Origin: Octopus bimaculoides
Lineage: Eukaryota
NCBI RefSeq assembly: GCF_001194135.2
Contig: NC_068984.1
Location: 102,330,095 to 102,363,575, forward strand
Direction: 5' to 3'
DNA length: 33,481 nucleotides
Every line of letters starts with the position of its first letter. Position 1 is the stretch's first letter. The notes under the pieces were generated by a model. The model ran no database searches. It saw nothing but the letters and a program-made list of their open reading frames with translations, and was not told the DNA's origin. Shown in pieces: positions 10,566-21,095 of this stretch. The position numbers were made by a program, and so were the translations under genes.

Positions 10566-10727
10566 ATAAGGCCTGGGGCTAGTTGATTACATTGACCCCA
10601 GTACTTGACTGATACTTATTTCATCAACTCCAAAAGGATGAAAAGCAAATTTGAACTCAGAATGCAAAGATGGATGAAATGCTGCTAAGCATTTTGTTTG
10701 GCATGTTAACGATTTTGCCAGTTCACT
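10566..10727 (-). mobile_element. SINE family B with an internal deletion
   Basis: GATTACATTGACCCCAGT...AAAGGATGAAA...TTTGAACTCAGAA...CTAAGCATTTTG. Confidence 0.8.
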
Positions 10728-12412
10728 AAATATCATATAACAAACCACATAACAACAAAAGAAGTAGCTCCTGGTATTATTTGAAACAGAGGACTAAGCT
10801 TATTAAATGATACAAGCATAGCACACTTACATGTTTACATACAGAGAGACAGACATAGATATATGCATATGTGTATATATGTAACACAACCTCCCAAAAC
10901 TAGAAACCATTATTGAGGCATTATCTAAACTTAATAAAATTATTTATCTAAGTAAATCAACCAATATCAATATAAGTAATCACCATAGACCTTGAATCCA
11001 ATCCACAAACACTTTCAGTTTTATGAGAATGAAGGACAATTCAGAATAACGAGATCCCAAGACATAAAAGATTCACTAACAAGCATATCAAATATACATT
11101 TCCATCATTAGCTGCTAAATGAATATTACTATATGGATGTGAGTATGAGCAGTAACTGATGCTTGAACTCACAAGGTTGTAGGTTATAAACCAGATAATA
11201 AATTTAGTGCAGCTACAGAAGCTTGAGTTAATAAAGCTGTGGCTACAAACTAGGTAATAAATTCAGAGCAGTGATCTAATCTTTTTAAAGAGGCAGAAAA
11301 TACAGCTGCTAATGATCACAATAATGAATTGTAATATATGTACAAGATCATACAATTTAGAACGAAGGTACAGTTGATGAAATTAACTATAATACTTAAC
11401 AAGAAGTTATTTTATCTACTCTAGAGCTGTTAAAGATAAAATTGATACAGTAGAACTTGAACTGAGAAATAAAGAGACACAAACAAAACCCAAATTGTAC
11501 TTTGTCCAATGTTCTAACAATTCTGTGATTCCACCACAACAATGATTATTACAGTTATAATGATTAACCTATATTTATATATATGCAACCTTAACATCAG
11601 AATTCCATTGCCAAATTAGCAATCAAATAAGTCTAGTTTGATTATGTTGAGCTGTCTAAAGGTAAGACCAATCATTTCTACTCTAATTCATATCCTCAAA
11701 GGATAAAAGAACATTTGTTAAAAACTCTCTTTCTTTCAGCTGTTGAGCTTTGAAAGGTTGTAAGTCAATGATAACCATTCAAAGCTTAATGGATAGGAAG
11801 TAGTTTGAACTTTATAAACATCATTGATTCAGTTAATGTTAACATATTTAATGCAGGGAGCATTATAAAGGTAATCAGAAGCAGCTATATGCTGAGTGAG
11901 AAACAATATTAGTTTAATCATTTGGACATGATATTGTAGTAGGCACGTGGAAGTGGTGTTGTGAGTAAACAAGCATTTAAAGTAGTCCAAATGTGTCTGG
12001 GTTATCTGACCTTACAAAGGTTGTATTCACTGCTGCTTGCTTTTAAGAATTCTTGCTTTAGGCAATAAGTGTTAAACACAAACAGTCATTTCAAGATGCC
12101 CTCTATCAGAATGGGGAATGCATTTCTCACCTCTTGTCTATCATCAGCACTGTGTACTGTAAGAGAGACAACTCTGAAATGACTTTGGAAACCTTCATTT
12201 TTTTATAGTAAATCTGCATCAAAATCTGAACTGAATCATGTACATTATCTCAGTGATTCTCACATCATTACTTCAACAAGTATAGTGAAGTCTGTTCCTT
12301 ACTGATGAGGTCACAATAATATAGAAACATATTCTCTTATGCTTCCCTACTCTCTATTTCTAGTTGGTTTGTTTATTGCTCTCTGCATTAAATACTAATT
12401 TACTGACTATTC

Positions 12413-12629
12413 TTAAGGCAGCAAGCTGGCAGAATCATTAGCACACCGTGGAAAAAGTTTAGTGGCATTTAGTCCATCTTTATGCTCTGAGTTCAAATTC
12501 TGCAGAGGTTGAATTTGTTTTTCAACCTTTCTGGGTTGATAAAATAAGTACAAGTTGAGTCCTTGGGTAGATGTAATCAACTTACTCTTCCCTGAAATTA
12601 CTGGCCTGAAGCCAAAATTTGAAACCAAT
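12413..12629 (+). mobile_element. SINE family B, full length
   Basis: Runs from TAAGGCAGCAAGCTGGCAGAATC through CTGAGTTCAAATTC to GCCAAAATTTGAAACC. Possible TSD TATTCTTA. Confidence 0.85.
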
Positions 12630-13039
12630 TTAAAGATTATTCTTATAGCATCTTTAAAGTTTATTTATAAATATCACAGCTCAGTTTACATGCCGTAAAT
12701 AGAGGGATTGTAGATAGAAAAGAACTTGCCTGTAGTCAGCCCTACAAAACCAGAGATGCTATAAAATATTCAAGAATTGTGAACTGAAATTTCATGAATT
12801 GGACTGCAGCTTCAACAGGGTTGTCACGGTTGACATATTTTCCAAGTCCTATCAACTTGTAGAATCATAGTGATTACATGTGAAACCTACTTCTTTTCAC
12901 CATATTGTAAAAACAAAGAAAAATTCAACATGACAAATTGACTTGCTAAAACTAACAACCAAATCTCCTTTACAATGCATTCTACCATATTAAAAGGATA
13001 AGGCCACACCAGATAATTGTAGATTGTCATCATTTATGT

Positions 13040-13178
13040 TCACTCTTTCAATGTCCACTCCATTTATGTCCACTCTTTCAATGCTTGCATGTGTTTGATG
13101 GAATCTGTTGAAGCATATTTTCTATGGCCAAATGCTCTTCTTGTTGCCAATCCTCACTTGTTTTCAAGCAAGGGAACA
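13040..13178 (-). mobile_element. RTE-tail-type short element, diverged
   Basis: ATGTCCACTCTTTCAATGCTTGCATG...TTTTCTATGGCCAAATGCTCTTCTTGTTGCCAA is a diverged reverse complement of the 4540-4655 tail. Confidence 0.55.
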
Positions 13179-13220
13179 TTAGCCCCCCCACCACCACCAC
13201 CACCAGTACCACACACAACA

Positions 13221-13355
13221 CACTTCTGACAAGGCTTTAGTCAGCCCAGGACTGTAGACAAGATGCTTGCCCAAGGTGCCACACAATGGGACTGAACCTG
13301 AGACCATATAATTAGGAAGCAAGCTTCCCAGCCACAAAGCCATGCCTGCACCTAT
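13221..13355 (-). mobile_element. SINE family A, 5' half
   Basis: CTTGCCCAAGGTGCCAC...GGGACTGAACC; the head ends in CCTGCACCTAT. Confidence 0.8.
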
Positions 13356-14082
13356 TTTATCTGAACAAAATATGGAAAATATAGTAACAGCAGAAAAGTC
13401 TTTGGCCATAGGTCTGTATAATTACAACTGAATTGGACCTACACAACAATACACAACAGTAGCTGAAAACATTTGGTAAACCACTAATTGTCAGGCATAC
13501 TTTCTTGATATTCTTTTGATGTTGACAAAAGAAAAAGAAAATGCTTCTCTCTCCACAAATTACAACAATACCTGGTTGTCTGAGAAATCTCTGCAAAGGT
13601 TTTTGTTGCTACCCATGTACATAAGCTTAAGATCTCATTACCATTGTGAAATGGTTGTAAGTTGCAAGAGATTAGGAATTGCAATGAGAGCTTTTTTTGT
13701 ACTTATCTCAAAGAGTCTTTGTGGCTATCATGACAATTCTACTTAATAACAATGGTCAACAACTGAGGAAACTCTATAAGTCTATGAAAACCAGAAATTT
13801 TATTTTAAAATATATTTATGAATTAATCCTGGAAGTATACATTGTCTAGCTTTGAATCTTCAACTGTTGTCATGACATCAGTATGCTAGCTATAAATAAC
13901 TTTTGAAATTATTCAGAATCTGATGTGGTGTTATTATTGTGTCGTCTTTTCCCTTCTTTCTTATGCGTCTATCTGTTGCAAACTAATTATTAGGTTTCAA
14001 CAATTATAATTTCACAATTTTGTAAATGTGCTGCTGGTCAAATGATTACAATAGTTATAATTCACATTTTTCTTTATGATAT

Positions 14083-14121
<39 letters not shown>

Positions 14122-14152
14122 CAGATAATGCTGGTGATGATGATAAACCTAT

Positions 14153-14155
<3 letters not shown>

Positions 14156-14198
<43 letters not shown>
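14156..14198. repeat. (AAT)n microsatellite continuous with a SINE tail
   Basis: Directly visible; it abuts the family B tail ATCCTTTCTACTA. Confidence 0.95.
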
Positions 14199-14199
<1 letters not shown>

Positions 14200-14403
14200 C
14201 CTTTCTACTAAAGGCACAAGGCCGGAAATTTGGGAGGAGGGGACTAGTTTATTACAATGACCTTAATGTTTCGCGGGTACTTAAGTGAAAGGATGAAAGG
14301 CAAAGTTGACTTCGGCAGAATTTGAACTTAGAATGTAGCGATGGGCAAAATATTGTTAAGCATTTTGCCCAGGATGCTAATGATTCTGCCAGCTTGCTGC
14401 CTT
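14198..14403 (-). mobile_element. SINE family B (tail type TAGTAGAAAGGAT)
   Basis: Head, B-box and central domain are present, with a deletion in the central domain. Confidence 0.85.
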
Positions 14404-14413
14404 AATAATAATA

Positions 14414-14617
14414 GTTTCAAATTTTGGCACAAGGCCAGCAGGTATAGGGGTGCGGGTAAGTCAGTTCATCAACCCCAGTGCACAGCTTGTACTTATTTTT
14501 ATCGACCTGAAAGGATGAAAGCAAAGTCAACCATGATGGAATTTGAACCCAAAATGTAAAAACCAGAAGAAATGCAGCTAAGCATTTTGTCTGGCATGGT
14601 AATGATTCTGCTAGCTT
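14414..14617 (-). mobile_element. SINE family B (tail type CCAAAATTTGAAAC)
   Basis: In tandem with the previous copy, 10 bp apart. Confidence 0.85.
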
Positions 14618-15067
14618 AACAATAACAATAATGATAGAACACAACAGATGAGATATTGTATTCATCATCAAGAAGGACCTATTCATTGTAATAAATGTGG
14701 TATGTATGTTTGATACCATAGTATAAAAATTAAAAGAAAAGAAATGTAGAGATTTACATTGACAGTATGAAATCTTTAGATGCTTGAACAAAGAAATTAT
14801 TACTGGAGCCTTGGGAACAGTGACAAAAATCTGAGAAGAAACCTTGAAAATCTTGATCTTAATCTGGGAATAGGATACTGTATAGAAAACATGTCTACAT
14901 GTTTCAGCAAGAATTATCTGAAAGTCCTGAACACAATGTAAGAATGAGTATGAAGAACAAGGAAAAAACCTTTTATACAGACGGTACAAAATGCTTTTCA
15001 TACTAGATGCATAATTAAACAGAGCACACCAGTAACTCTGTGAAACAACAAACTAAATAATGATAAT

Positions 15068-15268
15068 AATCCTTTCTACTATAGGTACAAGGCCTGAACA
15101 TTTGGGGGAGAGGACTAGTCAATTACATCAACCCCAGTGTTTCACTGATACTAAATTTCTTGACCCTGAAAGGATGAAAGGCAAAGTCGACCTCAGCAGA
15201 ATTTGAACTCAGAATGTAGAGACGGGTGAAATACTGTTAAGTATTTTACTTGGCAGGCTAAAGATTCT
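15068..15268 (-). mobile_element. SINE family B, head truncated by the adjacent copy
   Basis: Central domain GACCCTGAAAGGATGAAAGGCAAAGTCGACCTC and tail ATCCTTTCTACTATAGG. Confidence 0.88.
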
Positions 15269-15443
15269 TATTTCTTTACTGCCCACAAGGGGTTACACAC
15301 AGAAAGGACAAACAGATTAAGTCGATTATACCGACCCCAGTGCATAACTGGTACTTATTTAATCGACCCTGAAAGGATGAAAGGCAAAGTCAACCATGGC
15401 GGAATTTGGACTCAGAACGTAGCAGCAGACGAAATACTGCTAA
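15269..15443 (-). mobile_element. SINE family B (tail type GTGGGCAGTAAAGAAAT), head missing
   Basis: TTAAGTCGATTATACCGACCCCAGTG...ATCGACCCTGAAAGGATGAAAGG. Confidence 0.88.
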
Positions 15444-15486
15444 TTGAGAAAGACTTGAAAGTGAACATAAGATCATAATCATGTGA

Positions 15487-15688
15487 AGTAAATATAACAA
15501 ATAATCCAGAATCTTTGTCCGGTACTGGATTGATCCCAAAATATAATCAGTTCTTGCCAGTCATGAGGCCAAACATCCCTGAAAGCTTCAACTGAATCCA
15601 TCCAGTAATTCTTGAGATATCTTGTCCACAGACAAACAAACAAACAAACATGACTGAAAACAATACCTCTGCCTTCACTAAGGTGGAG

Positions 15689-15692
<4 letters not shown>
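15487..15692 (-). mobile_element. non-autonomous HINE/DINE-1-like (Helentron-associated) element
   Basis: Terminal hairpin ACCTCTGCCTT-CACT-AAGGTGGAGAT (15665-15690), then an (AAAC)n microsatellite, then a core reading TTACTGGATGGATTCAGTTGAAGCTT on the minus strand. This is DINE-1-type architecture; family assignment is from memory. Confidence 0.55.
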
Positions 15693-15718
<26 letters not shown>

Positions 15719-15720
<2 letters not shown>

Positions 15721-16222
15721 GCTTGATAAAAAAATCTCAGAGAGCAAATACAAAATCTGTGGAAAAAGAGGAGAAAATGTTAACCATCTTTTAAGTGAAT
15801 GCAGTAAGCTGGGAGAAGAAAGAACATAAATGCAGGCATAACTGTTTTGGTAAAAGACTCCATTGGGATGTTAGCCAAGTTTGTTGATTCAATGTAACAG
15901 AAAAGTGGTATGAACATGAGTAAGCGGTTATGATGGTGAATGATAATTAGAAGATTTTATTGAATTTCTCCACAAAGACTAATCATATTATTGAAGCAAG
16001 GAGACCAGATATGATTGTAGAGTACAAGCACAAAATAAATAACTAAAAATAAAACAAATAAACAAACAGTGTAAGATACGAGACTTTGCCCTATCACATA
16101 ACAATAGAATGGATGCCAAAGAAATTGAGAAATATCAGGATCTATCCAAAGAGAAAGAAATGGTAGAAGATAACGGTAATAATTGTGTCTGTGGTAATTG
16201 ATACACTTAGCACAATACCCTG
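15719..16222 (+). mobile_element. R4/Dong-like non-LTR retrotransposon fragment (CCHC finger and restriction-like endonuclease), pseudogenised
   Basis: Across frameshifts and stops it reads KYKICGKRGENVNHLLSEC, RHN, LHW, KWYEHE, EARRPDMIV, DFA, KEIEKYQDL and VVIDTLSTIP. It starts directly after (TAA)10 at 15690-15719. Confidence 0.82.
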
Positions 16223-16499
16223 CAGTTCATATAGCCAAAAGCTGTCTCTTTAAATTACCACGAAATTCAGGTTCTCCACTTTTTAGAGGGTCTTCTAGTC
16301 TCTTATATGCTTTCAGTCTGGGTTCACTCTTTTCTTTTTTATTGTCCTTGACAGTTCCTCACATTTCTCCAGTCTCCATTTCCTCTCCATCACTGCAAGA
16401 TGACAGGAGCAAAACTTCTGCCTTTTATGAGTTAAACAAACCTACAACACAGGCAATTTTGGTGCTGATTCATTTGTAAATAACATCTGTTAATATTGT

Positions 16500-17030
16500 T
16501 AGGCATAGGCATGGTTGTGGTGGTTAAGAAGCTCACGTCGCAACCATGTGGTTTCAGGTTCAGTCCCACTGCACGGCACCTTGGGCAAGTGTCTTCTATT
16601 ATTGCTCCAGGCTAACCAATGCTGTGTTAGTGGATTTTGATAGATGGAAACTGTGTGAAAGCCTGTTGCATATATATATACATACACACACATATATATA
16701 TAAATAATTAAGGTGACTAAATGCAATTCAAAACAAAAAGGAAATAATTCACCATCACTAAAAAGTGCTCCTTGCACCCTCTGTCACCTTTTTTTCACAG
16801 TGAATTATATATATATGTATGTGTGTATGTGTATGCATCTTTGTCCCTCCCACCATTGCTTAACAACTGGTATTGGTTTGTTTACAACCCTGTAACTTAG
16901 CAGTTTGGCAAAAGAGACCAATAGTATAAATACTGGAGTCAATTTGTCCAACAAAATCAACTAAATTCTTCTAAGTGGTGTCCCAGTATGGCCGCACTCC
17001 AATGACTGAAGTTAATAAAAGATAAAAGAT
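16500..17030 (+). mobile_element. SINE family A (tRNA head, internal microsatellite, AAAAGAT tail), interrupted by about 100 bp of unrelated sequence
   Basis: B-box GGTTCAGTCCC, GGCACCTTGGGCAAG, GTAACTTAGCAGTTTGGCAAAAGAGACC and CAGTATGGCCGC...AATGACTGAA. Confidence 0.85.
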
Positions 17031-17453
17031 TGTTCAACACCGCAGCTGATATAAACAAAAATTCCCATCTGCCTTCCCTCTTTATGTCTTTCTTGACCTT
17101 TCTGAAGGGCTCACTGTCTATAGATTTTTTACTGTATTATTGGAGACAACTTAGCTGTATCTGCAGTGAGGTTGTGGTTGTGCTGTTGTTGAGATTGGTG
17201 CTGTATCTCAATTGTGTGGAAGTGATTAACATAGTGATGCAATCCATCCACATCACAATTACACTGTTATTGTGCTGTTGGTGTTGCAGTTAATTCACTT
17301 AGAAAGTTAGGAATTCTTGGCTGAAGTTACACCAACTTCTATTGTTGTCACCTTTCTTTCATTTTTGTTCTTGCTGTTGTTGTAGGTGTTGATGTTGTTA
17401 TTGTTATCACTGCTGCAGTTGTTTAAGCTGTTGTTATAGACATAAATTATACA

Positions 17454-18720
17454 TCAGGTCATCCCATAAGTTCTGTCTGAATTTTGAATAAAGAAAACAA
17501 GTAATCAAATGTTACATTTAATTGAAATTTAATCATCATTGTACTTTTCCTGATTATCTATGACTTCCTTCCATCTATTTACAAGCTTTTTAATCCCATC
17601 AATGTAAAATTCTTGGTTTCAAAGCGAAGAACTCTGAAATGTCAGTTTCGACCTCCTCCTGGCTTGCGAAAGTTATGTCCCCCAAATCATTCTGTAAACT
17701 ACGAAACAAATGGTCGGGAGAATAAGATGAATGAGGAATTTTTTCCCAACCAAGCTCTTCGAACTTCTGTGATGTGATCTTTGCAGTGTGGGGGTCATGC
17801 ATTGTCCTGATGAAACATCACTCCTTTACGGTTCACTAAAGCGGATCTTTTTTCTTTAAAGCTTGGTTCAAACACTCTAATTGCTGACAGTACACTTGAG
17901 CATTGATTGTTGCATTATATGGTAACAATTCAAAGTGAATTACTCCTTTGCAATCCCACCAGATAGAGAGAAGAACCTTTTTCCCATGAAGTTCCCTTCT
18001 CAGTTGTGGTTGAGCTTTTCCCCTTTTACCAAGCCATTGTTTACGACATTTAACATTTCGACAGAAGATCCATTTTTCATCACCAGTCACAAGTATATCC
18101 AAAAAAGACGAAATGAGTTCGCGAGAATGGAGAGAAGAGCAGATATCAACTCAGGATTTGCGGTTGCTTTCGGACGATTCATGAGGTACCCATTTTCCAA
18201 GTTTAGGAACCTTTCCAAGTTGTTGAAGATGAGGATGAACAGTTGTATGATTTGAATTAAGCTTTATTGTCAATTCTTCAACTGATAATGCAGGATTTTC
18301 TTCAAATAATGCCTCAAGGAGATTATCATCAAACTCAACTGGACGTCCTGTTTGATCTTCATCTTCAAGGCTGAAATCACCACTTCTGAATTTTGCAAAC
18401 CATTTCCTGCAAGTTCTTTCATTCAAGCATTTTTTCCCATAAACTCAGTATATGTTTCGAGTCGCTTTGGCTGCAGAGTTTCCTTTTTTGTACTCATAAA
18501 GTATTATGTGCCTTAAATGCTCTTTGGATACTCCATGTTAGAAAGGGTATTAATCAAAGAAATTTTAATTCTATTATTCTGTAAAATAATATCTAATTAG
18601 TTTAAATGTACACAAATGCATAAAAATAATTCTTAATTCCATTAGACATTCTAAAATCCTATTAAATTTCATTCAATTTTAAAAAAGGTAAAATCGGACA
18701 GAACTTATGGGATGACCTGA
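17454..18720 (-). mobile_element. mariner (DD34D) DNA transposon, full length (1267 bp), inactive
   Basis: Perfect 24-bp TIRs TCAGGTCATCCCATAAGTTCTGTC at 17454-17477 and 18697-18720, with TA on the right flank and CA on the left. Confidence 0.96.
17529..18536 (-). pseudogene. mariner transposase pseudogene
   Basis: HTH region CRKWFAKFRSGDFSLED..GRP, then WVPHE, TGDEKW, KKVLLSIWWD, QDNA*P and YSPD. It carries several stops and frameshifts and an in-frame loss of LAPSDY. Confidence 0.93.
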
Positions 18721-19312
18721 TATATTCACATAATGTTTCTATAGCTGAAGCTCTCCTTTCTAAATGAGAAATACTGTTTATTTTCTCCCTCACCTCTCTC
18801 TCTCTCTCCTTTCTCACTTTTTATGATCATTCTTTCTCTCTCTTTAGTCTGTAATTCTCTCTTGAAAATTATGAAGTTGTTGTTTCCATTTTCTAATTCT
18901 GAGGTTAAAAATTGGCTGAACGTAAATTTATATGAAAACCATGCAAATTTTCTCAGAGGGGAATCTTACAATTAAAAGAGACTTACCAAAACTCAGCTGG
19001 TCTTTTCCTATATCTAATTATACAAAATCTTTTTAAATAATTAAACTCTTTCAGATCAAAAAGAGCAATGTTCTGTGAAGATTTTTAGAGATAAACAGAC
19101 TGTAGCTTTCAGATATGGCAGTAACAATGATAATATTTCATTTTTGTATCAATAAACAGGACTTGACAGCAATGAAAGAACTACTATCAAGGCCCAGAAA
19201 GTTGTTACAAAACTGCAGGATTGTAGAAAGTTAAATAAAAACATGGGAAGTATCAAAGACATTCTACATTATAATGAAAGGAATTATTATTTTTAAAATC
19301 AGACAAAATCAT

Positions 19313-19525
19313 GGTTCCAAATTTTGGCACAAGGCCAGCAAGGTCGAAGGAGGAGTAAGTTGATTACGTTGACTTCAGTGTTCAATTGGTATTTACTTTG
19401 TTGAACTCAAAAGGATGAAAGGCAAAGTCAACTTTGACAGAATTTGAACTCAGAAGGTAAAGAGGGATGAAATGCCACTAAGCATTTTGCCTGGCGTGCT
19501 AACAATTCTGCCAGCTCATCACCTT
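19313..19525 (-). mobile_element. SINE family B, full length
   Basis: Head, B-box, central domain and tail are all recognisable. Confidence 0.88.
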
Positions 19526-19530
19526 AAAAT

Positions 19531-19920
19531 TCTTTTACTCTTTTACTTGTTTCAGTCATTTGACTGTGGCCATGCTGGAGCACCGCCTTTTAGTCGAACA
19601 AATTGACCCCAGGACTTATTCTTTGTAAGCCTAGTACTTATTCTATCGGTCTCTTTTGCCGAACCGCTAAGTTACGGGGATGTAAACACACCAGCATCGG
19701 TTGTCAAGCGATGTTGTGGGGACAAACACAGACACACACACAGACATACATATACGACAGGCTTCTTTCAGTTTCCGTCTACCAAATCCACTCACAAGGC
19801 TTTGGTTGGCCCGAGGCTATAGTACAAGACACTTGCCCAAGGTGCCATGCAATGGGACTGAACCCTGAACCATGTGGTTGGTAAACGTGCTATTTACCAC
19901 ACAGCCACTCCTGCGCCTAT
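19531..19920 (-). mobile_element. SINE family A, full length, young
   Basis: Minus strand: ATAGGCGCAGGAGTGGCTGTGTGGTAA (A-box-like), GGTTCAGTCCC (B-box), tail GAAACAAGTAAAAGAGTAAAAGA. Confidence 0.93.
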
Positions 19921-19944
19921 AGAAAAGATAATTAAATTAATATA

Positions 19945-20829
19945 CAGGGTGTGGTGAATAAACTGTTGTCTAAATTACGCAAAAATGAAAATAACACTGA
20001 CATCTGATTTTAACAGACATATTTACCAAAATTACATAAAAATATTTTGAAATACTAAAGAGTAAATTTATTCAATAAAATCGCCAATGGCTTCAACCAC
20101 GGCCTCCAGACGACTTCAGAATCTCCTGCAACTCTTTTGGACAATCTCCTTGTTTAAGTTGGTCAATGCTGCCATAACCCTTGCCTTTAGTTCATTTTTG
20201 ATGTTACAAGGAGTTTTCTTGGTCTCTCACTCAGCTGCACCCCACACATAATAATCAAGAGGATTGCAGTCTGGTGAGTTAGATGGTCAGATATTAAGGG
20301 TGATGTGGTTGCAGAAATTGTCTACCAGTCATGACTGGGTTCTCCTGCTTGTGTCGCATGGTGCAGAGTCCTGTTGCCAGACATAGGGTCTTCCAGCAGC
20401 CACCCTCTTGACCCAGGGCAGCACTACCTCCTCCAAGCACTTGATGTAGGCCTCAGTGTTGAGTCTGAGGTTGCATGGGAAAATGAATGGAGGCATAACA
20501 TTGCCATCACTAGTGATCATTCCAAACACCATGATGTTGACTGGATGTTTGATTTTTATCACTCTTGGTACATGTCCACAGATTGCACTGTACTCAGATT
20601 GACACCTGAACACTCTGAAATATCCATATTGGAGCTTCTGGTGCAAATGCCAAGCAGTACAGCATGTCATTTCCAAATTTCTGGCATAGTGAATTGAGTC
20701 ATGGTGCTGTTTTTCTCACAGACAGTGCCCAACATACCCTATTATACTGTGTAGTCAACAAAATCAAGAACAATGTGCATGCACAAAATTAAAAATATAA
20801 AATGGTGACAATTTACCCATCACACCTTG
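19945..20829 (-). mobile_element. maT (DD37D) Tc1/mariner-superfamily transposon, internally deleted (885 bp)
   Basis: TA flanks at 19943-19944 and 20830-20831, with imperfect TIRs CAGGGTGTGGTGAATAAACTGT versus CAAGGTGTGATGGGTAAATTGT. The Asp codons of QQDSAP (20368-20370) and SPDCNPLDY (20254-20256) are 114 nt apart, giving D37D. ATG at 20702-20700, stop at 20071-20069. Confidence 0.88.
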
Positions 20830-21095
20830 TACATATGAACACACAATATAATTAAATTATATGTAATTAATAAAAAAAAAAATCGACAAACAAAGGAATC
20901 TCACCCACACATAAATGGAAAACAAATGCCAAGGCAGGATCAGAATATTCCAGGAGTCAGTCTGTCCCCCACTCTGCATACTGGACCTGATGCACCCAAA
21001 GGTGTCCATAAGCATTTTCTATTTTGGACATAGCATCCTGCTTTCTCTGGACACATGTTTTTTTTCCTCTTTTTTTCTGGTGATGATTGGCTGTT

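Noticed and set aside
19860-19920. tRNA-like A/B boxes in SINE heads as tRNA genes
   Set aside because: No complete cloverleaf or acceptor stem; they continue directly into SINE bodies.
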